Shown: one piece after another, positions 35,180 to 46,948 of the stretch | How positions within the stretch are numbered: position 1 is the stretch's first letter | How the letters are laid out: each line of letters starts with the position of its first letter | Assembly (NCBI GenBank): GCA_001662655.1 | Contig: KV460214.1 | DNA length: 64,000 bases | Strand: one strand, 5' to 3' | Origin: Pseudogymnoascus verrucosus | Taxonomy: Eukaryota | The notes under the pieces: model-generated | What the model was told of the DNA's origin: nothing | Databases searched by the model: none | The model's input: only the letters and a program-made list of their open reading frames with translations | Program-made: the position numbers and the translations under genes

Positions 35180-36778
35180 ATGCCGCTGCGGACTCGCCGT
35201 CTTCCTCGTGAGGATATTACATACTCTGTTGCGCAAGACAGAGAAGTCAATGTCCTGCATCAGCTTGAATATTGTGACAAAATAGACAGGTTCTTCGATG
35301 GTCTCAACAGTAAACGCAACTTGATGTAGGCAGTTGTCGCTCATCATTTGAGCCTCCAGTTTCCCGATGCGTGCAATATAGCGGATATGTCGGAATGGCT
35401 CCATGGCAGCTTCAACGTGTGTGTCCCAATTAGCATTTCAACGTGGCAAGGGAAGCGTTTCCTTCTGCGGTTCCCACTACCATACCGTGTTGGAGACTCC
35501 TTTCAGCCAGGCAACGGAGACGAGAAGGTGCGATGTGAGGCGGGCACATATGCATGGCTAGACGAAAATTGCCCTGATGTGTCAATTCCACAGTTATATG
35601 GCTTTGCGTTGTCTACGAGTCAGACGATAGGTAGCGACAACTAGTTATTGAGATTTCAAATATTGATAATGTGTAGTTTACACGGGTAGGAAGTTTACCA
35701 TTCGTTCGCAGATATATCCAACGCTTACGCCGGCAGTTCTTGTCGTGGCTTGGGTACCCTGTCCCTTCACGATATGTCCGACACGATATCAGAAGCTTAG
35801 GTTTTGCAGATGCAGGCTATCTATTGACCGAGTATATCGAGGAAACACAAGGAGAGATGCTCTCTAACTCATGGTTAGAAAAGCAACATGATTCGAGGTT
35901 ACAGACCAATCTTTTTCGGGATCTTGCGCGAATTATCCCAAGTATTAGTCGAGTTGCCTTACCAAGAATTGGCTCCTTTGTTATTGACAACGACGGGGTT
36001 TTGAAGTTAACAAACAGACCACTCTCGATAGAGATTCAGACATTAGAAAACGAGGAGATTCCTACAGACATTCGAAGAGACTATACCTACACTACTGTCG
36101 ATTCCTACATCGTCGATATGCTTGCTTTCCACGATAATCGTCTTCGATGCCAGCCGAATGCAATTATGATATTAACGACTCTGTATCTCAGATGTCAGCC
36201 GTGGGGGCGATGCGTACGATTATGCCCCTATTCTTGCGGCGGGAGCTACGGCGAGGGCCGTTTGTTTTTACTTTGACAGATTTGCACCAGAGCAACATTT
36301 TTGTAGATAAAGACTGGCATATTACCTCTCTAGTAGACCTGGAATGGGGATGCTCTCGGCCTATTGAAATGGTAGAACCACCGTACTGGCTTACAAACAA
36401 AGGCGTCGATCAGATACAACCAGACGAATACAACAAGGTACGGGTTGAGTTCATGTCGATTTTAGAAGAAGAGGAATTGCTAGCAGGGAGTAATACTATT
36501 GGGAAGGGAGGGTTGCGACTGGCGGACATAATGAACCAGGCTTGGGAGATGGGGACATTCTGGTTACACTTGCGCTGTCAAGTCCGACAGGCCTTTTCCA
36601 ATTATTTTATCATCACATCCAACCACGGCTCATTAGCATCTATGAAGAAGACCCAGACAACGTCATGCCGTACTATTGGGCACAGGACGTCTTTCAGATC
36701 ATATCACGCAAGTTATCTGATAAGAAAGAATATGACAAGCAGCTTCGCAAAGCTTTCGATGTCTCTGCAATGGAGTAG
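35180..36778 (+). pseudogene. Fungal aminoglycoside phosphotransferase/kinase-like gene, disrupted
   Basis: WLHGSFNVC, RFPLPY, DEKVRCE, RIGS and LTDLHQSNIFVD..W.I...DLEW motifs. Lesions: in-frame TAG at 35327-35329, intron donor reading AT instead of GT at 35627, and frameshifts near 36166 and 36564. Confidence 0.85.
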
Positions 36779-37196
36779 CCTTCTTTCCTTACTTATTACC
36801 TCCACTGCTCGACGAACTGCATCCACGAGAAGACGTTCGTGCTGAAGGATGGCTATAAGTTCTACCTAATATCGAAGCACTAGTTATTTACAGCTAAGGA
36901 GCACAATGAGCATATGGTTACAAAGCAGAAGTAGGACATCGATGACGGAGATGGGAAACGCAGTTGCGGTGGCAGTTTGCGATGGCAGTTTGCGGTGGGA
37001 GTCTACGGTGAGAGTTTGCGGTAGGAGTTTGCGGTTGGTTGGAGTTGCGGCTGTGGAACGTACGAGGTTTGATGCCAGAGGGGGGAGTTGGAGATGTCGA
37101 GTGGGTTTAAAGATACCGCTGGAAGAGAGGTTGCGGAGGATGGAGGTGCGGGGAAGGGCGGAACGAGGCGATAAAAGCCTATTATATTTTATTGCT

Positions 37197-37585
37197 TGCC
37201 AGTGCAGTACGAGGACCCGAAGACAGATCACGGTGACAAAGGACGACAGCGTGCGCGCGGGCATCACGGTCAAGTCGCTCAGTCGCATCGAGCCTGCGTT
37301 CGCAAAGGACGGCAGCATCCACGGCGGCAACGCGGGCTAAATCAACGACGGCGTGGCGGGCATTCTGCTGATAATGAAGCGCAGCACGGCGGCGCGGCTT
37401 GGGCCGCGCGTCCTCGGCAAGTACATCACGGCGAGCGTTGTTGGCGTCGCGCTGCTGCTAATGGGGGTTGGGCCCTGGGCGGCGATCCCGCTGGCGATCG
37501 AGAAGACGGGGGTTACCAAGGAGGCGGTTGATGGGTGGGAGATCAACAAGGCGTTCGGCAGCTAGTGCGTGTTATGCGTCGAGGG
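37197..37585 (+). pseudogene. 3-ketoacyl-CoA thiolase internal fragment
   Basis: ITVTKDDSVRAG...PAFAKDGSIHGGNAG*INDG...MKRSTA...MGVGPW..IP.A...EINKAFGS*CV matches the thiolase C-terminal half. Both stops sit at conserved Gln positions (37338 TAA, 37563 TAG); N- and C-termini are missing. Confidence 0.85.
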
Positions 37586-38939
37586 AGTAGTTGGGGAAGG
37601 GGCGGTGTATGATTATAGGGGGATTAGTTGGCTGGCTGGCTGGCTCGCGGGATGGGACGGGTCGAAGGGAATGGGACGGTGCGCTGTATCACAATAAACG
37701 AGATGAATGAGTTTCTGGAGCTGGCGGCGCTCAATAATCACCCATCGGCTTCCCCGTTGCCCTGCATGTACTACGACCCGTACCACTCCTCCGCCTACGG
37801 CTGGCTGTGTAAGCCACTCTTGGGATCACTGGGCCGTGTAGGCAACTACTGTGTGGTCCAGGTTGTTGAAAAGAGGAGAGCAAGCACACTATCGAGCGCC
37901 GCACCATTATGGCCATGGGTAGGCTGGGCTGGAAGGCGTCTATTTGCCTCTGTGGCAGGACTAGGTAGGCCTAGGCCCACGTGGCTACCCTAGCCCTTGA
38001 TCGAGTTAAGCTTTTCAATAGTGTATGGGGTCGCAACATGCATGGGGCATCTAATTTGGCCTCTCAGCTCTCCTCAAGCTTTCTAGCTAAGCGCCACCGT
38101 ATTTGCGCATTCTCTGTGCCTGACGAAGACATAGGCAAATACTGGAAAAGCGGACCCTAGTGGATGCCATGGGGAAGTTAGGGAAGCTCGGCTTATCTTA
38201 CTCCTCCTGGTATGGCTAGCTCACCGACGGCCGACCTTGCGGATGTCCAAAATACGAGAACGTGTCCACGCGTACTCTGTACACGTAGAACGACTCCCAA
38301 TATTACGGCGTCAGAATAGGAGCTGATAGAGGGTGGGGGAAACGCGCTAGCGGGAACATCCTCGCATCAACTAGAAGATGCGTTGATTTACTAGTGCCCG
38401 AATTATGCCCTACCACAAGGTCTGATACTACTCCACCGACCACTTTTGGGCCAATCTATCGAAAATCTCTGGCGTTGTTAATAGTCCGCATCTAGTCCAG
38501 AGTAGCGATGGCCGCCTTATTCGTAGCAGGTCCCACTTGCTTAACCTGTCATAAACGTGGTAGAGACCCAGGGACAGGCACATGGTGAGACCCACAGCAG
38601 TAGCTGAGGACGTCAGATAATCAATAGTTAACATAATGCTCAGACTCGAGATCATGTTCTTTCTTTTGTCTATCGAGGGGAACCTAGGAATGAATGGACC
38701 GGCAGTTGGGAGGAAGGGTTCCTCTGAACCTCGAGGATCCAGAAGAGAAGCGAAGAGCACTGCCTGCCTCTATATAAACTTGGGAATCCGGTGCTCCTTC
38801 TAAATCTCCTATCCACTGTTGTCCACCGACAATTATCAAGTCATTCTTCAGAGAACGCATCGATTCCGATCGTGTCCCGAGCGGTCCTTTTCTAGTCCTT
38901 CTCAATTTCACCTAAGTTTCGACCCCAAAATCCGCCGAG

Positions 38940-40825
38940 ATGAAGGCTGTCGTGGTTTTCAATGCCCTTTTGGCTCTCGCGGCCGCATCCCCTTTGGTCC
39001 CTCGTCAGGATATTGACTTCGAGCTCGTGGATGCCGCGCCGGACCCAACTCCCGCGTCGATTGCCATAGGACCCACGGCCCAATCAGCCACCTATGATCT
39101 TACTGCTGCCACCGAATCAGCTGGAGTTCCTCTGATTGTTGACACGCCTGTGGAAAAGCGAAAACTCGTGGGAAGGACTGCATGCTCCCTACAGCCGGCG
39201 GGAGCAGGACCTGTCCCATCGCCAGACACGGATTCGGCTTTCCTTGCCTATGCCTCCTTCGCATCGAGCGCCTCTGGTGCTCCAACCCCTCCTGGATACA
39301 CAAACACCTTCACCAACCTGCAAGCAAGTGTCAATGCGTATGGGTATATGGGATATACCACCCTTAACACATACGACACGTCTCAGTGCGCTGCCCAATG
39401 CTCTCAAATGGATAGTTGCTACGGTTTCAATATCTTCTTCGAACGCGATCCTTCAGTTGAGGCAGGCACGGGTTGCATGGATCCGCCCTCGACGACGGTT
39501 ATCAAATGCTCGTTCTGGGGTGGTTACGTTGCTGCGGAGAACGCCCTCAACACTGGACAATGGAGAAGCGACTTCCACGTCGTCATTGCCGGGTCCAACG
39601 GATACATGACTACCGAATCTCCTGCCGTTGAGGGCTTCACGGTTCAATCACTTGGGAACAATGCCATCAATGCCCCTTTGGATTGTAATGGGAATGATAC
39701 CTATATGGGCTCCAGGATGTATACAACAAGCACCTTCGATCCCAACCTCTGTGCACAGACGTGTGCTTCTACAAATGAGTTTGACATTGCTCATCCACCT
39801 GCTGACGGCGTACCTATGATCTGCAAGTTTTTTGTCACGTATCTGTTGTCTAAGAATGGCGCTCCTCAGGGGCAATACTGCGCTATGTACACCCAACCCT
39901 GGGACCTCTCATACGCAACGAATAATGTAAGTCGCGGGGGATTGTCTTTCCTCTTCAAGTCCGTCGTATGCTAACTAGCCAAAGGGTCAATGGAATGGCG
40001 ATGATCACTATACGGTCACTTACGGCTTCTCCTATTCCAACGATGCATCACCAGGACTTCCAGTGTGCCCGAGCGACATCGATTACCTTCAGAGTGTTGG
40101 CGGCGATTTCTGTACCTCGTATAACGAGTATTCAGCACCAACAGCAACCTCTACTGTATTCGATACAACTTATACAACCACAGTTGTTGTTGCTACTGCA
40201 CAAGAAACATCCACTGTGGTTGTACACACCACTACTACGTATGTACCGCTCCGTTTCTTCCCTAAACGTGTATTACTTGCCATTAAACGCACAAACTGAC
40301 GAAATCAGTGCCACTATCACAGCCGCAGCATACAAGCGCGACGTCGTTGCCAAGCGAGCCATCGCTACACCAGCGTCTATCTCAAATTGGGAAGCAGCAT
40401 CGATTTCATCGGCGTGCTCGCAAGTCGCCACAGGTACCATCACCACCGCAGCAACAAATACTGTCACCATCCCCAGCACCACCACTAGTTCCACGACACA
40501 GTTAAATCTCGTCTCAACAACTACCGCCGTCACCGCCATAGTCACCGTCCCGGCTGTTGTCAATTGCCCTTCGGGCTTCACCAGTGGCGCTAACGTCTAC
40601 AGTGGTGCAAGCTTCACCGTCTCATGTAGTGCCACCATGTCTGGAACCACATTCGCCACCACAAACGAGCCAAACTTACAAAATTGTTTGTCGTGGTGTA
40701 ATTCCTGGGGCGCCTATTGCCACGCTGTGATCTATGATACAAGATATTACCAAAACTGCATGCTGTACAGTGCTGCTGGAACCTTAAGTTCATCGTCGAC
40801 AGGTACCGTCGTTGTAAGGGCATAG
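38940..40825 (+). CDS. Secreted Cys-rich protein with PAN/Apple-like (putative carbohydrate-binding) modules and Thr-rich linker
   Basis: Signal peptide MKAVVVFNALLALAAA; FTNLQAS..AYGYMGY...CAAQC..C.GFNIFFERDPS; introns 39927-39984 and 40239-40308; C-terminal CLSWC...C.AV.Y...C.L module. Confidence 0.75.
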
Positions 40826-41331
40826 TAGATAGAGTCAAATTTTCTGTCTTGTTTATCAAGTCAAAGCTCCCGATTTTTTTTTAAAGAATCTAGAATGCTA
40901 ATATGAATATTATTAATATATAATTTATACTACAAGTGGAAGAGTTGGTCAAATTAACAATATTTAGCCTTATGAACCCCAATTCTCTTTAAGTCTATGG
41001 TCGTATGTGATTGTTCTTCGAGAATAGTTGAATATATACTGATAGTTCAAGCTATGGTGAAGATCGTGAGATTGGTGTAGTTCTTCAATTTCCAATTTGT
41101 CACGAGCCGTCTCACCCCTACAAGCGGTCCCCAACGCCCAGTCTTGCCAAGCTTCATAAGGAATGCCAACTTCTCTACGGCCAACCAAATTGGCATGTTA
41201 AATTAAATAAGTTAACAGTCTCAAGGCAACAGTATTAAAATATGGGATAAAGATGAGGGGACCCAAAAATGTATGGGATCTTCAATAATATATCACGCTC
41301 GAGACGGTGAGCGACTTACGGATTTAGAAAG

Positions 41332-42332
41332 ATGATGTTCTCCCGCTATCTTGTCGGCCTGTCTATCGTGGGGCTTGCAGCCGCGATTGCTGCCTATAGT
41401 ACGTGCCTCTTGTTTACCCTATTTTGATGTTTCCCTGGCTAATTTATGGATACACAGATAGGGAGTGCGGTCCTACTTTGGAGGATACTGCTAAAACTAC
41501 AGATGCGGAGTTCTACTTCGATGTCACAGAAGATGTGGACTTGTTTGTCCGCTGCGCAGAAACTGTATACGAATGTGATACCAAACTCTACAATGCAAGG
41601 TGGTTTATGATCGATAGCACGAAGGAGCCTGTTCCCGTTGGTTGTCGTAAACAATTGGGCCACCTAACCACGTCTCACAACTACACAGGGCCGCTGGAAG
41701 TGCCCGGCTTGACTGAACTATATGGTCTTGGGATCAGAGGCACCTACGAGGGAACTTATGAGGATAACGGCCTCCTATTACCTACTAATGTTACTAGCAT
41801 CGATCTACCCGACCTTGTTAATATCGCCAATACCATGACCATCAACAATGCGGCTTCGATAACGAGCTTGAATTTGCCAAAGCTCAGACATATTAACAAG
41901 CTATTGCTCAACTTTACGGGAGGGCCAGCCATCAACCTTACTTTTCCAAGTCTAGTCGATGTCAGTAGCATAGCAATTTATGGCGAAATCGATACGTGAG
42001 TGCTGTCTTACCACCTCCCCGCGGCACCCTGCCGCGCTTTCGAGCGGATGAGACTAATCTGGCATTCTAGTCTTGATTTCCCCGCTCTAAATGAGACGAG
42101 GAATACAATTATGGTCAATTCGACTGGGAATCTCGATTGCGACACTTTTTCGAAGAGCTTGGTGAACACGACTAGGTACGATCAGAGTGGTGTATCGTGT
42201 GCTTCAAGGAGGGGAAATGTTACCCTTACCCATGTCGAGCCACCCAAGCCCACGGTTACCAGTGGGGCATTCAAGATCCCGGGGGGTTCACTGGCTTTGA
42301 CAGCTCTTCTGGCGTATATATTGGCGCTGTAA
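41332..42332 (+). CDS. GPI-anchored cell-wall protein, Ecm33-like (receptor L-domain repeats)
   Basis: Signal exon MMFSRYLVGLSIVGLAAA; SIDLPDL / SLNLPKL / LTFPSL / LDFPAL repeats; GPI-type C-terminus SGAFKIPGGSLALTALLAYILAL; two introns. Confidence 0.75.
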
Positions 42333-42686
42333 TGGAGACTATTGTTTGGCCTCACCCGCCCCTCCTGACCCTCTCTCCCCCTCCGACTGAAGTCCTTCAA
42401 CTTCGGCGAGCGAAATATAAACAACATAAAAACGGCAAACGAAGCAGGAAAAAAAATACCTGCAACAGTGCGTTTTTAATGCCCTTACGTTTGATCTCGC
42501 TGTCAATCCGAGCTACGAGATAGTGACCACTACAGCGCAAGGCATCGAAATTCTTCACATCCGAATTAGCGATCCATTGCATTTTCAGGGTTACTGGGAG
42601 TGTCAGAGTTATGTCGTACAAGACGGCCACCTCATGAGGTAGAATAGCTCACGGTTGGGCCGGAACATATATAACACGTCTGAAAA

Positions 42687-44100
42687 TTACACTATCTTTG
42701 TGCTAAGCTCCGCTCCAACTCCCTGAATCCTTTCTATAAGATCCGCTCCCAGAAAAGCAGGAGTAAGTAAGCCACCCACAGCACCGCCTTCTAACTTCCT
42801 AACGTAGAGCAACGAAGCCGCCCCTTGGGCGAGGAATGCACCTGTTGTATGGTATGGACCCCCTGGATAAGCAAAGTGGGAATATACCTTCGGGGCCGCC
42901 TTGTCATCATCTACGTCTGCGATCGCGACTGCTTCCATCTCGACCCGGTAGTTTTTTTCTTTCTCCAGATCAGGGCCTTCGCCTGGAACTGGTAAGAACA
43001 TCATTGCAATGGCCTTCAAGGGGGGAATGGTTAGTAGTAGCCCTATCGCTCTGGTATTAAGTATCTGGAACACCCCAGCAAGTGTCGACGACGCCTTTTT
43101 GTACTCGTTGTATTGAAAATTTGGCCCGTAATCCTTGCCGCCGCCTAACAGACCCCACGTCCTATGGATGACAGCTCTGTTCTGCACAGCGTTTATAGCG
43201 CTCGCCGACAGGCCTCCGAGGAACGAGTCGTGACGCATGCCGAAGAAATTCGTCGAGTTCGATGATTGCTTGCCCATAGTTGGGGACAGGTACCACGGCT
43301 GCTGGGCTTTTTCCAGAACCTCGGCTCCAAAGGCTCCTCGCTCCATCATCGACTCGATGGTTCCGCCGCTTGGGTCCGATGCGATGCTAACCACAGATAA
43401 AACTAGCTCCTTGGTCTTCATAGAGAACTTTTTTGCTAGTTCCCGAACAGATGCCCATGTGAGGAGGTCCTGGGGGGCGCTGAAAGCGCCACAGGAATGG
43501 ATGAGCTGTTGGTAGGATTAGCGTCGTGTAAAGAAGTAGTCAAGTAGAATAGTAACTTACAACGACGCCTGCTAACTCGGCTGCTTTATGATACTTATCA
43601 ATCCAATTTCGTATATGAAGTACACTGCCAGCACTATATTTTGATACATAGTTAGCCCAGGAATAGGATGGTTATGACACGTGTAGTTCTCTTGCCCACT
43701 TACGTATCAATATAATCTGTCCGGTTCTTGATGCACGCCTCTATGACTTCTGCCCCGACATGATGGTACGAGACAACGCTAATGCACACCCTTGCCTTTT
43801 TGACAAGGGAGCTCAATTTAGACTTGTCTTCAACATCTACGATCTCGATTGCTACGAAGCCGTAAGCTATAGCTCTACAGCATTATGTAGGTGAATCGTA
43901 CCTGGCTGCAATCTATCTGGAGATAGCTTCTTCAGTTCTGCGGCCAGAGCCTCGAGCTTCACGCCGGATCTTCCAGCGATAGCCCATTTCAGGTTCGTTG
44001 GAAGGTGCTCGGCGATGTGCGTTGCGGTAATGGTACCGGTATAGCCCGTTGCACCGACAACCACAAGGTCATACTCGCGATCACTCTTATCTTTCGACAT
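42687..44100 (-). CDS. Saccharopine dehydrogenase-like oxidoreductase
   Basis: Rossmann motif YDLVVVGATGYTG...KWAIAGRS, plus PSGGTI, WGLLGGG.YGPNF.Y.E and PGEGP; multi-exon. Confidence 0.85.
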
Positions 44101-44652
44101 AGTCTTTATTGCTGGTTCTGATACTGCGATTTGAATCTTTAAGGTAAATTGGTCATGGGTCTAGAGTTCTTAAGTATGGGTTGGATATTCCGGAGTCCGG
44201 AGGAACTCAAAGGTCCACCGGACCAATCAACCTTCAATCTGTCCGACTTTGAACTATTGACTATTCCCCCAGGAACGAGTCTCATATAGGGAACCATGTC
44301 AGGAAATGTCAAGCACATGGACTGCTCGACCCAAGAAAATGCTATATTAATAATGACCCTTGAGGAAGCACAACCAACCGCAAGACAAACCTTCGTGGAG
44401 CTGAATACCAAGCCGTCCTGTCATTCGCCCCGGCACTTTTTCGCTTCGTGCCGATCATTCGCCAATCAATGGATCCCAATTCTCATTTTTCATTTGACGA
44501 AGCTATGCCAAGCCTGCAGATCACGTTAATAAGCCTACTAAGAGTTACCCCCCGACCCGCATTGACGTGACATAAATACCATAGGGGTATCTCCCTGGCC
44601 ACGGGATTTTTTTGAGGGGGTGATAAAAGATATCTATCGCGAGGCAGGCAAC

Positions 44653-46148
44653 ATGGCAGAAAACGCTGATGCTCAGCCAGAGAATACTGATGCTCAGCCA
44701 TCACTTACCCAGCCATTAACCCAGACATCGACTTCGGGGCCGAAGAAGCGCGCTCTTTTCCGCCAGCCGCTTGCGCTACAGTGGTTTGAAAATGGGGTGC
44801 TGAAAAAGCTGAGTAACGAGGAGAGACAGGCCGGAAGGTTTGAGCTGTTCCTAGATTTACTCTACGTTGCTATCCTTGCAAGTTTCGCCGATGGCCTCGC
44901 TGAACACCCCTCTGGTGTTCAGGTGGTAAAATACATTGTAAGTCTCACATCTAGACTTTTGCCATTGTGTATTTCAGCGCCTAAGTGTTTGTAGCTCATC
45001 CTGTCCCCATCATGGCACATCTGGAGTGACCTGCGCGAGCTGATGAACTCGTTCTATAACGATGATCTCGGCCAGCGCATTCTGATTCTCTGGATCATGG
45101 CGGTACTCGTCGTCTACGGCAACAACGCTGTACTCGTCGACGAGGACCTCACCGCTATGCGCGCCACAGTTGGAGCCTACATGACGGCACGCCTGTCTGC
45201 CAACACCGCGCATCTGGTCTATTCATTCTCTAGCTACCACCATCGCGCGCAGCAACGTCTTTGGTTTGTTTGTTCCTTCTTCGCTCTGCTGCTTTACATC
45301 CCATTGTACATGGAGTCGCTCTCTCTCCGCAGCAAGATCGCCGTGGCAGCCGTCGGCATCATCGTTGAGGAGATTCTCTGGGTCTTCTGCTATTCGCCCA
45401 TTGCGAAGCGTATTACGCGCTCAAAGTACACCACCGCTGCCGATATTGGACACGAGATTGACCGATTCGCGGCGTTCTACATTATTGTCCTGGGAGAGTT
45501 CTTGTATGCGATTATAGTCGGCCACCCCGCAGCTTCTGGGTTCAATGTCAGACTCCTGAGGGCAATCTGGACACTTATCATCGCATTCTGTTTCAACTGG
45601 CTTTATGTGCACAATGATGGATCGCTTCAGTTCGAGCATGCCATCAGGCACAGCATCATCACAGCATTCACTTGGGTCATGATGCACTTACCGTTGGTAG
45701 CCTCCATGCTGGTTGGGGGACACGTCGCAGCTGCGAGCACAAAGACAGAGGAACTCGAAGGCGCAGAGCTTTGGCTACTGTGCGGTGGACTTGGCATAGG
45801 CATTCTCTGCCTGTATGTGATTGCGATGTTGCACCGGTCAGATGACCCTCCGGGGACATTGATGCTGCCAAAGGTTGGTATATTCAGAGCTATTGAGATT
45901 CACCTCGCTGACCTTGAAATTAGCACCTCCGCCTAATTATGCGTCCTGTTATAGGCATCATTATCATCTGCCTCCCTCTGAGCCCACACCTCGGCGCCAC
46001 CGCTTTCCTCTCGATAATCATGGCCCTGGTTGTTTTCTGTGTCGTTTATGAGAATATCACGTCGCTGCAGTGTGGCGCGAAGTTTTGGGAGAGCTGGGAG
46101 AACACGGGGTATCCAGATGACTACAGATTGACCGATACAAAGTGCTGA
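44653..46148 (+). CDS. Low temperature requirement A (LtrA)-family membrane protein
   Basis: RFELFLDLLYVA and HEIDRFAAFYIIVLGEF motifs with multiple TM helices; introns 44938-44994 and ~45873-45923. Confidence 0.85.
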
Positions 46149-46605
46149 GCAGGTGGGACATCGACGACGAGGCGCATGTGTATATCACGTGCGTCGACCT
46201 ATTAATGCCAAGTGATGCCAAGTGACTAGCCTAAGACAGCCAAGCTCCAGTACTTCACCAATCTAGCCAGATCGGGCGTACAAGTCCTGAACTTCAACAC
46301 CTGACAGATCAATCTCCTGTCTCCAGACGATGAATGAACTGCAATATATATAATTTCTCTAATTACCGATATCCAACAGCTATTGCGACTATTTCCCGAA
46401 GAATGCAACGGCATCTGACAAAATCTGCGTGACATTTGTTCTATTGGAGCACATCGTGTTGGAGGGTACAGCTTTCACACCAGGTTCGGAAGCTGTTTTC
46501 AGCAACTCCCACGGATTCCATCGATTCGTCCATTCCTCGGACTCCTATCTGAAACAATTATACATATCCGATATAAACTCTAATTCTCAAGATTGTGGGG
46601 TAAAG

Positions 46606-46728
46606 ATCGCCAGGTGAGGAGGGGGTTGGGATCGTTCTTCTGATACCATTCGCCAGTCGGTTCTCAATCGCCAGGTGAGGAGGGGGTTGGGATCGTTCTT
46701 CTGATACCATTCGCCAGTTCGGTTCTCA
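46606..46728 (+). repeat. Near-perfect 61-bp tandem duplication upstream of the GH78-like gene
   Basis: ATCGCCAGGTGAGGAGGGGGTTGGGATCGTTCTTCTGATACCATTCGCCAGT(T)CGGTTCTCA at 46606 and 46667. Confidence 0.9.
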
Positions 46729-46948
46729 TTACCCCGACAACCTGTTTTACCTGTTCCGTCACGAGATTCAAGAGGTCAAATGTACATTTATGTCACAAGC
46801 TTCAAATTAAATCCAACGGTTACACTAGGCATATATATCATTTCCATTTTAATACATATATATTGGGGGTGTCACTTACTTCCTCCCTTTGCGCTTATCG
46901 AGATTTAACTGATCTTGGTTGCCAAATTTTACTGCCTCGGCCATCGAA

